The notes beneath the pieces were generated by a model. It ran no database searches. It saw only the letters and a program-made list of their open reading frames with translations, and was not told the origin of the DNA. Source: Eledone cirrhosa (lineage: Eukaryota). Taken from it: 64,000 bases of DNA. Below are positions 24,994 to 39,135 of this stretch, one piece after another. The stretch's first letter is position 1, and every line of letters starts with the position of its first letter. Where the stretch lies: assembly GCA_964016885.1 (NCBI GenBank), contig OZ024764.1, positions 14,508,001-14,572,000 on the forward strand. Reading direction: 5' to 3'. The position numbers were made by a program, and so were the translations under genes.

Positions 24994-26344
24994 GGTTAAT
25001 ATATAATAGAGGCTTAATGTATGTTAATTTATGAATGACAATGTATGACTGCGTATGCTAATGAATGCCAAGCTTAACACATAATTTATTTATATATTAT
25101 TGTATAACTGGTATGCTATAATGTTTGTTTGGATATGACAGTCTTGATATATGTTAATGACAAGCTTAACATGTTAATATATGTTTGTGCTGACCTCCCA
25201 TGGGTACATGTTGAAGCATATAGACAATATGCCCCCACACCTCCCACCGCAAGGTGGTCGTGGAGGTGCCACGGCAAAAAGCACCCAGCCCACACTGTAA
25301 AGTGGATGTGTAGGCGCCACGAAAAAGCACCCAGCACTCACTGTAAATGAGGTTGGTGTTAGGAAGGGCATCCAGCTGTAGAAATCAAGCCAGATCAGTT
25401 CCTGTATGAGCAAGGCATGGTCAGCCGACCAGACGCTGCACACAACAGGACAACCCGTCTAACCCATGCTAGCGTGGAAGAACGGACGTAAAACGATGAT
25501 GATGATGATGATGTGCGTGTCAGGCTTTGGCAGCAAATTGGCAGTTGTTAGAATGCTTTGTGGTATTTGTTTCGGCTCTCTGCACTTGGAGTTCAAATCC
25601 CGCCGAGGTCAACTTTGCCTTTCATCCATTTAAGGTCAATTAAAAAGAAATACCAATCTGGAACTGAGGTTAATTCTTTCTCTATATCTCTTTCACTAAC
25701 TCTCCATCATTCTCTGGAAGAAATCTGCTCTATTCAGACCTAGAGAGGAGATGGGCTCCATCAGGCTTTTAAAAATGCCCTTAGAGACACTGTATGTCAA
25801 TACAGCATCCCCACACCTCCGACAGGAATTGTGGGACCATCCATCCAAAGCCCTAAAGGCAATATTGGAGGCTGCATAAAGGAGTTCCAGCTGGATCTGG
25901 TCGAAGAGGAACAAAAACTTCCGTCCACACCACATGGGGGGTGTTGTTTGTATTTTAACACACGCTGAGGGAAGTAACTCTGTGTCACTTGTAGTGTTGG
26001 TGGTGGCGCCAGCAACACTCCTGACCCCTCACTGCTACCATGACTACCAACGTTATTTTTCCAAACTCAAGAAAGTGTTTAAATCTAAGTTTGAAAGCAG
26101 GAGAAACGGAGAGGAGAGAAGTTCCAGCTAGATCTTGTCAATAAAATCTCCATAAGGTTTATATACACAGCAAGTCTCTGATTTCTAAATGGCTAAATGT
26201 CAGTAGAAGGGCACCCAGGTGTCATGATCTGGATGCAGCCTGGCCCCCTTAGAGTGTAGAAGTTAAGAGTCAAAACACTCGCTTGAGGGGGGTTTGATCT
26301 CTGAAGACCTTCTGTCCAGCTCTCCTGAGAGTTTCTTACCACTG

Positions 26345-27370
26345 TTAATGTATGTCAGGCTTAATGTATGTTTATGTATGAATGGCATGCTTATATATGT
26401 TAATGTATGAATGGTATGCTTATATATGTTAATGTATGAATGGTATGCTAATGTATGAATGGTTTGCTAATGTATGAATGGTTTGCTAATGTATGAATGG
26501 TTTGCTAATGTATGTTAATATAAGATAGGTATGCTAATGTATGAATGGTATGCTAATGTATGTTAATATAAGATAGGCATGCTAATGTATGTTAATATAA
26601 GATAGGTATGCTAATGTGTAGTGATGTGTGAATGGTATGCTAATGTATGAATGGTATGCTAATGTATGAATGGTATGCTAATGTATGTTAATGTATGAAT
26701 GGTATGCTAATGTATGTTAATGTATGAATGGTATGCTAATGTATGCCACTTGTAACTGGGATAAAACCAGCCCACTTCTTTCCTTTTCTATACGACAAGC
26801 TTAACATAGGTTAATGTTTGTACTAATATATGTTAATATATGAATATATGGTGGGTATGCTAATGTATTTTAATATATGAATGGTATGCTAATGTATGAA
26901 GAGTATGCTAATGTATGTTAATATATGATGGGTATGATAATATATATCTGGCTTAATGTGTTTGTGTATGAATGGTATGCTAATGTATATTAATATTAGA
27001 TATGCTAATGTATGTTAATATATGAATGGTAACCTAATGTATGTTGATATATGATGAGTATGTTAATGTATGTCTGGCTTAATATATGTTAATATATGAA
27101 TGGTATGCTAATGTATGTTGATATAAGATAGGTATGTTAATGTATGTCTGGCTTAATATATGTTAATATATGAATGGTATGCTAATGTATATTGATATAA
27201 GATAGGTATGCTAATGTATGTCTGGCTTAATATATGTTAATATATGAATGGTATGCTAATGTATGTTGATATAAGATAGGTATGCTAATGTATGTCTGGC
27301 TTAATATATGTTAATATATGAATGGTATGCTAATGTATGTTGATATAAGATAGGTATGCTAATGTATGTC
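26345..27370. repeat. Degenerate AT-rich tandem repeat (ggtatgctaatgtatgaat family)
   Basis: Direct inspection. Confidence 0.85.
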
Positions 27371-27726
27371 AGTTGTAACTGGGATAAAACCAACCCACTT
27401 CTTTCCTTTTTTTTTCTTTTCCTACCAAACCTGATGTCCTCCCATGTTCTTAACCCTTCTTCACCCTCCCACACCACCTGTTCCCTAGTATGTGTTAAGG
27501 TTTACTGTGAACTTGAAAACCTAACCCCAATTTTTCCTCACCAGTGTTTCAGTGTTTCCACATCACAGCATCCTCAAGACTAACCAACCAATCTACCAGT
27601 TGACTAAGCCAAACGACAATGTTTTTCGTCCCCCTCTCTATTTTTTGTTTATTTTTGTTTATTTTTCTGCCCTACTACTCCACCCCCACCCCAACCACCA
27701 TCCATCCTGGGTTAAGGTGTTTCACC

Positions 27727-27911
<185 letters not shown>

Positions 27912-27950
27912 CACACACACTACAAATACACACACACATGTATATATACA

Positions 27951-27983
<33 letters not shown>

Positions 27984-28538
27984 ATATAGTAATAAATGTG
28001 AAGACTAAAATCCAAAGAGAGCTCGATAAGGATAAATATATATCAAATATATAAGAACCGTAGAGAAAATATTTATTAAAATAACAGATTAAAGTTTAAG
28101 CAAAGAATCGCTGCTTTCACCCTTAATGGGATATTCTTGTACAGAAGATCCCGTTATGGGTGAAAGCAGCGATTCTTTGCTTAAACTTTAATCTGTTATT
28201 TTAATAAATATATATATATGCGTGGTTGAGGTTAGGAAGGGCATCCAGCCATAGAAAACCAGCCAGAACCAGTCCTGATTGAGAGTGACATGGTCACCTG
28301 ACCCAACTTGCCTCTAAATGGGACAAACCCGCCTAGCCCATGCTAGCGTGGAAGATTGACGTTTAACGATGATGATGATGATGATATATACACATATATG
28401 TATGTATATACTCTATTCATACGTGTACATGTGTGTGCATTATACACACATGCATACATGCATATATATAAAAACATATACACACACACACACACATTAA
28501 CCCATGCTAGCGTGGAAGATGGACATTAAACGATGACG

Positions 28539-28577
<39 letters not shown>

Positions 28578-28696
28578 TATATATATATATATATACACTC
28601 ACACACAAAAACACATATATATACACTCACACAAACACACATATATATACACACACAAAAAGTCATATATATATATATACACACTCACACACAAAA

Positions 28697-28742
<46 letters not shown>

Positions 28743-28938
28743 TCACACACAAAAACACACATATATATATATATATACACTCTCACACACACACCCACAT
28801 ATATATATATATATATATATGTATATAAGTTTTAATATAGATGAGATTCTACAGGACTAGAACTGTTTCATTCTTTAGAAATCATCAGGAATCTGGGTAT
28901 CATATTTTTTTTTTTTTTTTTTTTTTTTTTTGATACCC

Positions 28939-28989
28939 AGATTCCTGATGATTTCTAAAGAATGAAACAGTTCTAGTCCTGTAGAATCT
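28939..28989 (+). ncRNA. Hammerhead ribozyme, family B (palindromic element 28830-29070)
   Basis: agattc-CTGATGA-tttc(taaa)gaat-GAAA-cag(ttctagtc)ctg-TA-gaatct; mirror copy on - strand. Confidence 0.8.
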
Positions 28990-29069
28990 CATCTATATTA
29001 AAACTTTTATACTCTGCTATGTATTGAGTACCTTACTTACTGTGGTTACCTCCGATTCAACCCGGAAAA

Positions 29070-29116
<47 letters not shown>

Positions 29117-29724
29117 CTCTCACCTACACACACATATATATATATACACACACAGTGACACAGATAAACACTCCTGCGCCACACGCTGCCTTCTTCTGTG
29201 CTGTATGTGACATATCCACCATCACCACCATCATGGCTGTAGCTTGTCTCTATGATCCTCTGCCTTCTCCTCCTCCTCATTCTTACCATATTCTTTGCTA
29301 ATCAGTTCTGTAAACTCTGTTAATCCATTCTGTGGGGAGTGGGACATAGGGGGCAGGGCTAGTGGGTGGGGTAGGGTTATACTTTATTTATTTTTTCATT
29401 AATTTTTTTCTTCATTTTACTTCTTTTTTTTTTTGTCACTGACCAGGCATTGCCCACTACACAGTCCACACTCACCCATTCATCAGTCCATTACACGTAG
29501 TCACTCTCAGATCTTTAAATTCCATCTCTTACATTTTTTTTTTTCTATTTTGTTGTTGACCAACCACACAACACTTTTTTCCTCAATTAAATTTGTCATC
29601 GTCCCTGGACTTTCATGCCCAATCGACCAAACCCACAATCTTTATCACTCCCACTCCAAAAAGGCCCCAGAATTTCCCTCTATTTCAACACACGACACTT
29701 TCTTCCTCTGTTAAATTTGTCATC

Positions 29725-29938
29725 TTCCCAGGACTTTCATCTTCCCAGGACTTTCATGTTCCAGGGCATTCATGTTCCAGGGCATTCATGTTCCAGGACT
29801 TTCATGTTCCAGGGCATTCATGTTCCAGGACTTTCATGTTCCAGGGCATTCATGTTCCAGGACTTTCATGTTCCAGGGCATTCATGTTCCAGGACTTTCA
29901 TGTTCCAGGGCATTCATGTTCCAGGACTTTCATGTTCC
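29725..29938. repeat. 15-bp minisatellite (ccagg(gca/act)ttcatgtt)
   Basis: Direct inspection. Confidence 0.85.
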
Positions 29939-30957
29939 ACTTAAGAAACTTCCAATGTTTATTCCCCTACCTTATCAAAAACAACACCAAAGTTCCCTCT
30001 ATTTCAACAAATGGCACTTTCTTTCTCTGTTGAAATTTTTCGTCATGGTTTGTTTTCCTTCAAGTATTATCTGGCCCTGAATATAATAGTCCTAATTCCC
30101 CCCCACCCCTTATTTTTTTACCTTTTCCAATTCTTATTTCTTTTACTTTTATCCTTTTTTTTAAATTGGTTGTCATCATTCAATTTTTCTAGAAGTAGCC
30201 CCCAATAGCCAACAAAAGAACCCCAGAACACTCACATCAACATATCACATCACTTTCTCCAACTTGATATTTATTCTCAAATTTCTTTCTCATTCCTCTT
30301 TGCTGTCAATCATTTTTGCCAGCACACACACACAAAACAAACAACAAACATGGCACCTACTCCATTTATATCGACACATTAACACATTCATCGTTTTAAT
30401 ACTCTTTCATTCTTCTTCTTCTTCTAAATTAGTTGTCGTCGTTCAATTTTCTAGAAGTAGCCACAATTTGCTAATACCAAATCGAGAACACCTACCTTTT
30501 ACATCAGCACCAAGACACATCAACACTTGTTGTCCCTTCTCCATTTTAATTCTTCGTTCTTTCTCTTCTAAATTAGTTGTTGTTTAATTTCCTAGAAGTA
30601 GCCACAATTTGCTAATACCAAATCGAGAACACCTACCTTTTACATCAGCACCAAGACACATCAACATTTGTTGTCCCTTCTCCATTTTAATTCTTCGTTC
30701 TTTCTCTTCTAAATTAGTTGTTGTTTAATTTCCTAGAAGTAGCCACAATTTGCCAGCACTCTGGATCTAAAAAAAAACCAGTGCTCCCACCCTTTACAAC
30801 AACAACATCAACACTTCACATCACTTTCTCTGTCTCACTATTGCTTTCTTTCTACTTCTCTCTTCTTTCATCTTCTTCTTTCATCTTCGTTCATCTTCTT
30901 CATTCTTCATTTCTTCTTCTTCTAAACTGGTTGTCGTCATTCGTTTTTCCTTTGAAG

Positions 30958-31046
30958 GAACAACAAATTGCCGATCTGATGAAGCACTCCGGGGACAGCT
31001 CTCAGCAGTTGTCCTTGTTGAACGAACAGCTTCGAGACAAAGATAG
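30958..31046 (+). CDS. CLIP1: CLIP1-like exon D (EQQIADLMKHSGDSSQQLSLLNEQLRDKDR)
   Basis: Acceptor tttttcctttgaag, donor gttagt; 89 nt, phase 0 to 2. The peptide resembles the CLIP-170 segment I recall as [34 protein letters not shown] (from memory, not a search). Confidence 0.85.
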
Positions 31047-31832
31047 GTTAGTTGAAAACACCACCACCATGGTCAACAGCACACTGTTGCCACCATCACA
31101 TGTTGGCTACCATCCATTCTCTTATCTATCTATCTATCTATCTCACTCTCTCTCTATCTCTCTATCTATCTATCTTTCAAATACCCTATCTTTTAAAAAC
31201 TGGATGGTCTTTTTATTATTATTATTATTATTACTACTATCTTTTATTTTTTATTTTTATTTTATTATTTTTATTATTTTTTTATTATTTTTTTATTTTT
31301 TTTTTGTTGCGCTTTCTTTACTTTCACTTTCTTCCACTCACACTTAAACTCAAACTTAAACTCACACTCGCCCTTCCACTCGAGAATTAGTTTCTTTATC
31401 TATTTATTTTTTTAATATATCTTTTTTTTTTCTACTTGTTCTTTGTTCTCGTTTGTTTGTTCGTTACTAATAATTTCTTGTTCTCGTTTCTTTCTAACTC
31501 GCTGCTTTTATCGAACTTGCATGCTTTCACTTAATTAATTGTTTTATTAATCAACCGAGGGTGGGAGATTTTTTTTTCTTTATCTCCCATCCCCCAAAAA
31601 CTACCTTCACACCCTCACTTTGTAGCAAAGAACTTTCCAGAACGGGTTAAAAATTATTTGTATTAAATTTTACTTTTTTAAATTCTCAATTTGATTTTTT
31701 TTTTTAAAATTATCTATCATGATTTTTTTTTTTTTAAATGGGTTCCTACGAAGGGTCTTTGGAGTAATGTTACTTGATAGAGTGCATAGCTGAAAGATTA
31801 GAAAGTTTCTCCAGGTAGAGCTGCTACATCTT

Positions 31833-33005
31833 CGAACTGAGAGATCACAGCTCTGATATTATATTAAGGGCATGTCGTTTGAATGTCTTGGGAAAGAATC
31901 CTCGAATTGAGAGACCACAGCTCTGATACTACAGACATGTGGTTAGAATGTCTCAGGAAAGAATCTCCGAATTGAGAGATCACAGCTCTGATACTACAGA
32001 CATGTAGTTAGAATGTCTCAGGAAAGAATCTCCGAATTGAGAGATCACAGCACTGATACTACAGACATGTAGTTAGAATGTCTCAGGAAAGAATCTCCGA
32101 ATTGAGAGATCACAGCTCTGATACTACAGGCATGTGGTTAGAATGTCTCAGGAAAGAATCTCCGAATTGAGAGATCACAGCTCTGATACTACAGACATGT
32201 AGTTAGAATGTCTCAGGAAAGAATCTCCGAATTGAGAGATCACAGCACTGATACTACAGACATGTAGTTAGAATGTCTCAGGAAAGAATCTCTGAACTGA
32301 GAGATCACAGCTCTGATACTACAGGCATGTGGTTAGAATGTCTCAGGAAAGAATCTCTGAATTGAGAGATCACAGCTCTGATACTACAGACATGTGGTTA
32401 GAATGTCTCAGGAAAGAATCTCTGGATTGAGAGATCACAGCTCTGATACTACAGACATGTGGTTAGAATGTCTCAGGAAAGAATCTCTGGATTGAGAGAT
32501 CACAGATCTGATACTACAGACATGTGGTTAGAATGTCTCAGGAAAGAATCTCTGAATTGAGAGCTCACAGCTCTGATACTACAGACATGGGGTTAGAATG
32601 TCTCAGGAAAGAATCTCCGAATTGAGAGATCACAGCACTGATACTACAGACATGTAGTTAGAATGTCTCAGGAAAGAATCTCCGAATTGAGAGATCACAG
32701 CACTGATACTACAGACATGTAGTTAGAATGTCTCAGGAAAGAATCTCTGAATTGAGAGATCACAGCTCTGATACTACAGGCATGTGGTTAGAATGTCTCA
32801 GGAAAGAATCTCCGAATTGAGAGATCACAGCACTGATACTACAGACATGTGGTTAGAATGTCTCAGGAAAGAATCTCTGAATTGAGAGATCACAGCTCTG
32901 ATACTACAGACATGTGGTTAGAATGTCTCAGGAAAGAATCTCTGAATTGAGAGACCACAGCTCTGATACTACAGACATGTGGTTAGAATGTCTCAGGAAA
33001 GAATT
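31833..33005. repeat. 65-bp minisatellite, about 17 copies
   Basis: Unit gaattgagagatcacagctctgatactacagacatgtggttagaatgtctcaggaaagaatctcc. Confidence 0.95.
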
Positions 33006-33794
33006 GCTGGACAGATTTTACAGGCAAAACCAACCAGCAGGAGACTCGGGAGTAGACCCCTGAACAAGTTGGTTGGATAACATCGATGAGCTTGGCTGAT
33101 CTCACTTGGGGATCCAGCTGGATCAGTTGGAGATGTTTGCTTCTGACAAGACCCACTGCAAGGAGTGTTTTAGAACTCTGACTCCCAATTATTCCTCTCA
33201 GGAATAAGTGGGCGAAAAAGAAGAAATATGATTTTTATTTATTTATTTTTCTTAACTTTTGTTTAATTATATTTTTTTAAGTAATTTATTATTTACAAAC
33301 GACACTTGGTTCAAATGTGTGTTAGGAAATGATGAGTGAAATTTGAAATTTATGAGAAAGTTAAAAGTGACATCAAATTTTTTTTTTTAACTACAGAAAA
33401 ATAGTCTTTGTGGTGTCTATTTTTCCAATATATATATATTTTCCAATATATATAGCCCTATTATTTAAACCAGCAGTCCCCCAACCTTTTTGCACCTAGG
33501 ACCAGTGTCAATTTCTCCACTTTCCCTGCTAGCAAGGGGGGGACGGGTCTACATAGACCCAGTCAGTACTGAAGCAGGGTCATTGATGTCCCAGACAAGC
33601 CAAGGTCCCCCTAGTTATATGTGCTCAATATCAAGTGCCAAGAAGTTGTCGTGTCTTTTGATAAAACCTGAAGGATCCTCCTAACCCCTTGTTTGGCAAG
33701 TTTTCTATGGCTGGATGCCCTTCTTAACGCCACTGCTTTACAGAGTGTACTGGGTGCTTTTATTGTGTGTGTATGTGTGTGTATATATATATAC

Positions 33795-33829
<35 letters not shown>

Positions 33830-34359
33830 ACTAGTTAATATTATATTTGTGGATTGGCAGTATCGGTAAAGGGCCAGACGCCATGTTTTGGCCCTTTATG
33901 ATCTGAGTTCAAATCCCACCGCGGTTAACTTTGCCTGTCATCCTTACGGGGTCGATAAAATAAAGTACCAGTAATGCACTGGGGTCAATTTAATTGACTT
34001 TCCCTACCCCTTCAAATTGCCTAAATCAGAAACCATTACATTATATATTAACTAGTTAATATGTATAACAACTAACTAGTTATATATATTAACTAGTTAA
34101 TATATATAATAACTAACTAGTTAAAATGATATATAACTAGTATAATACTATAAAATAAATATATTTATATTGCCTTTTCTAAACTGGTTTGATGTATGTA
34201 TGTGGTTTGGGGTTTTTATTTCTTGTGTGGTTTAGGTTTGGTTTGATCTGGTTTGGGTGCGGTTTCATCCAGTTTAGTGTGGTTTTGACTGGTTTTCGGG
34301 TGTTATAGTTTGGTGCCAAAACCTTTCTTACAGCTTCTGTTTGGTGACAAAGGTGCTAC

Positions 34360-34450
<91 letters not shown>

Positions 34451-34668
34451 ATAATTTATGTGTGTATATATAAATGTGCATATAGATATGTTTATATATA
34501 TGTATATATATATGGTTATAATTGGGGAGGGTCATGTTGTTATATTGCCAGAAATATATAATAAAACACACTCACTGTTTGGTTTGGGTTGGTTTTCGCT
34601 TCCGTATATTTTATATCCCTATAGTTAATTTAGCTGGCAATCAACGTTTATCATTGATTGACCAACAG

Positions 34669-34719
<51 letters not shown>

Positions 34720-34722
34720 CTT

Positions 34723-34762
34723 TCAGAGTTCTTTCGTCACACACCTGTGACATCATCAGTGA
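34723..34762 (-). ncRNA. Minimal hammerhead (degenerate mirror on + strand at 34886-34926)
   Basis: Reverse strand: tca-CTGATGA-t-gtcaca(ggtg)tgtgac-GAAA-gaac-TC-tga. Confidence 0.65.
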
Positions 34763-34930
34763 TACTATTATGTTTCCTCCGGTTGTATTGTTTACAGGTG
34801 TGAAGAACTCTGAGAGACTATTTTTTATTTTAAAAATATACATATAAAGTGGACATTACAATACAATGGGAGGAAACCTAATGGTACCACTGATGATGTC
34901 ACAGGTGTGTGATGAAAGAACTTGATATAC

Positions 34931-34961
<31 letters not shown>

Positions 34962-34981
34962 TTATATCTATATCTATCTAT

Positions 34982-35300
34982 CTAAGGCGGGTAAAATTCC
35001 CGAGATCCATGGACGAGTTCTCTCCAGCGGTCTCTGTCCCTCATTATCGCTGCCATATCCTGCATCTCCAACAGACCAGTGTCTGTCCTTAGGGCATCAA
35101 CATATGTTAACCTTGGTCTTCCTCTTCTAGTGTGTCCATGTAGGGGCTCCCAAAGGAGCACTGAGTGCAATGTCAACTCTGGATGTCGGTGAGCATGTCC
35201 AGCCAACCTCAGTCTTCTCTGTGTCACTTTTGAGCTGACTTTTGGGATGCTCCCATACAGCTCTGAGTTTTTCATCCTCAGTGTATACTGATTAATGTCC
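34982..35300 (-). mobile_element. RTE-type LINE 3' fragment (related copy on + strand at 61840-62024)
   Basis: QRRLRLAGHAHRHPEL...LLWEP...RRGRPRLTYVDALRTDTGL; short inverted piece at 35320-35370. Confidence 0.8.
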
Positions 35301-35623
35301 AGAGCCAAGAGACTCACTCAGATGGTGGATGGGTGCTACACGAGAATGCTGAGGATGGCTCTGGACATTATATCTATATATATATATATATTTATATCTG
35401 TATTTTTAACCGTTGGTCAATCAATGATAAACATTGATTGCCAGTTAAATTAACTATAGGGATATAAATTATATGGAAGCGAAAACCAACCCAAACCAAA
35501 CGGTGAGGTGTGTTGTTGTTATATATTTCTGGCAATATTATAACAATATGACCCTCCCAAAGTATAACAATATTTGTTTCAACACACAATTTCATATCAA
35601 AAACCTTGAAAAACAAATTCATC

Positions 35624-35665
<42 letters not shown>

Positions 35666-35926
35666 TCTTAACTTGCTTCTCTCTGCATCCCCTCGTCTTT
35701 TTCTTCTTCTTTCCACTTCTGTGCCACACTGTGCCACACTGTGCCACACTGTGCCACTCTGCTCCGCTTTGCAAGCTTTTGCACTTAACACTAAACAAAC
35801 TGCTTACCACTAACGCTAAAAAACCCTAGATGCATACACGCAAGCAATGCACACTTGCGTATATGCATTGCATGGTTACTAATGTCTTAAGTTTTTTTGC
35901 TGTATATTTACAGGTGCAGTGCACTG

Positions 35927-35984
<58 letters not shown>

Positions 35985-36073
35985 CATATATATATATGTC
36001 CCACCAAACTTTTAATGCACGTATGCACTGAGTGTTGTATATATATATATAGTGTTGTATGTCTGTGTATATG

Positions 36074-36120
<47 letters not shown>

Positions 36121-37063
36121 AATTGTTGCTGCATGTATGCAGATGGTCTACACTTGCCTATGTGCATTTTATACATGAATAATTGCTGCATATATGCAAG
36201 TGGTGCATGCTTGCATATATGCAATTCTGAACACATGCATATATATATATATATATATTTATATATTTCTTGGTGCACAATTGCAGATGTTGTACATAGC
36301 TGCACTTATGCAGGTGTTGTGCTCACCTACTTGTGTAGGTGTGTACATCTGCATATATCTATATAAATATGTATGTATTAACGCATATTATACCACATTT
36401 GTGCAGCGTCACTAGATGCATTTTTGCAGGAGGTGCACACATTGCAAATTGTAATTAAACAGGAAAATTTACTATTCTCGTTAAATTAAAATCCCATTTA
36501 ATTATTGTTTTAATTTGAGAGAAAGAAAAAATAAAATGCTGTTTTAATTGATTATTTTGTTAAAATTTTAATTGTATTTTAATGGAGTTTTAAGTGCTTA
36601 TGTTTTAGATTATTTTTTTAAATGTTTAAATTGTTATATTGTTAAAAATATTTAAATTTTATTAGAAATGTTTGTTGTTGTTGTTGCTATTGTTTTTGCT
36701 GCTGTTGTTGTTGTTGTTGTTATTGATTATTACAGTTTTTGTTATGTAGTTAAATTCTTTTATATTTCATTTATTTATATATGTATTTAATGTATTTTTA
36801 TGTATGTATGTGTGTGTCTGTATATGCCCATATATGTATCTAGATAGATAGATGTGTGTATGTATATGCCTCTCTCTCTCTCAATACAGTTGTCCCCTCG
36901 TATTTGTGGGGGTCACTTTCCTAGGGCCCCCACAAAGAGTGAAAAACCACAAATATTGGACGTGGTCCATAAAAATGCCTATAAATATCAAAATATAACG
37001 TAAAATATAATGTATTTGTAGTAAGGTTGCTTGGATGAGTCCAAAGGTGGTATGCCGGTTGAG

Positions 37064-37096
<33 letters not shown>

Positions 37097-37299
37097 GTAT
37101 ATATATCTATATATGTATATATACATGTAAGTATGTATGTAAGTAAGTGCCGTACTAAGAGTGAGAAATGAAATTTCGTTTTCATTTTATTACAACTGTA
37201 TATATACATATATATGTATATGTATGTATATATATATAAGACCCGCCTTACCTAAATACATAGTAAAACCTACTACAGTCAGTAGGCATCTCTATCAAA

Positions 37300-37862
37300 A
37301 TACACCCCCGTCCCACCGCCCCCACCCCATCCACACCAGCCCCTTCTATGTAAAGTTATGTTGGTGCCACACCATCCAGGCCGAAACAAATGAGATTGTG
37401 TAGGTGTCACGACAAAAAAACACACAGTCCACGCTGTAATGTGGCCGTGTAGGCAACACGGTAAAAACCTCCCAGACCCACACTGTAAATGTGGTTGGTG
37501 TTTGGAAGGGCATCCAGCTGTAGAAAACCCGCCAGACAGTCCACGCTGTAATGTGGCCGTGTAGGCAACACGGTAAAAACCTCCCAGACCCACACTGTAA
37601 ATGTGGTTGGTGTTTGGAAGGGCATCCAACTGTAGAAAACCTGCCAGACAGTCCACGCTGTAATGTGGCCGTGTAGGCAACACGGTAAAAACCTCCCAGA
37701 TCCACACTGTAAACGTGGTTGATGTTAGGAAGGGCATCCAGCTGTAGAAAACCCGCCAGACAGTCCTATGCGAGCAAGACAATCACTCTTGCCTCAAGTG
37801 GGAAAACCCCCGTCCAAACCCATGCAAGCGTGGAATACAGACGTTAAACGTTGATGATGATG
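37300..37862 (+). mobile_element. Retroposon family C with a 112-bp unit triplicated (intact single-unit copies at 47658-48027 and 61365-61722)
   Basis: Homology to 7215-8358. Confidence 0.78.
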
Positions 37863-38384
37863 TGTGTGTATACATTGTTATTATATTAATTCTGGCAATA
37901 TTATTATAACAATATGATCCTCCCCAAGTATAACAATATTTGTTTCGACACACGATTTCATATCAAAAACCGCCGGCTCTGTGGGATGACCAGCACGTGG
38001 GAACCCCATTTGCTCACCATATGGAGAGATGGAGGCGATGACAGTGGGAGTTGGGCTATTCTTTCATGTTTGAAATGCCTCATCCAGCCCATGCCCACAT
38101 CATCATGATGATGACGATGATGATGATGATGATGTGTACGTTTATGTCGCAAAATCATGGTGGGATGTGGGCGAGAGGAGGGGGGGGGGGCATGTAGGAG
38201 GAAGAGAGAGAGAGAGAGATACAGACAGACAGACAGACTGACTGACTGACTGAGGGACTGGAGGGGGGGAGTCAGACAGACGGATGGACGGACAGTGGGG
38301 GTGATTAGAGTGGCGGTGTGAGTATAGTTTGGGGGTGGGTGGGGAGAAAGTACACACCTACACACACAGGCAGACACAGTGAGT

Positions 38385-38422
<38 letters not shown>

Positions 38423-38749
38423 CTAGTTGATGAGAGGAAGGGGAGGACAAGTGGTGGTGGTGGGAGTGTAGTTTTGGAGGGAAGGAGGGAGACAGGCAAT
38501 GAGAGGGGGATTAGAGTGGGGGAGGAGACTGGAGTAGCGGTGGGAGTGAGTAGGAGGAAGGGGACTGGAGTAGTAGTAGTAGAGGGAATGAGTAGGAGGA
38601 AGGGAAGAAGAGACGGGGGGGGGGGGCTGGAAGAAGGGGAGGAAGAGACATACGGGGGGGGGGGTAGGAGGAAGGGGAGGAAGAGACAGGCAGATTGGGT
38701 GGAGGGGATTCTATTGTCACAAAAATTTCAGGCATGCCAACTATTTTGT

Positions 38750-38994
38750 AACACACACACACACATACACAGACACACACATACACACACACACACATAC
38801 AGACATACATACACATACATACACACACACATACACACACAGAGACAAACACACACACACACACACAGAGACAAACACACACACAGACAAACACACACAC
38901 ACACACACACACACAGAGACAAACACACATACAAACACACACACACACACACAGAGACAAACACACACACACACACACACACACAGAGACAAAC

Positions 38995-39055
<61 letters not shown>

Positions 39056-39099
39056 CACACACACACACACACACACACGGAGACACACACACACACAGA

Positions 39100-39135
<36 letters not shown>

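Noticed and set aside
34334-34352. Possible small exon after ctttcttacag
   Set aside because: Weak donors (gtgaca or gtgcta), and inclusion frameshifts or creates a stop
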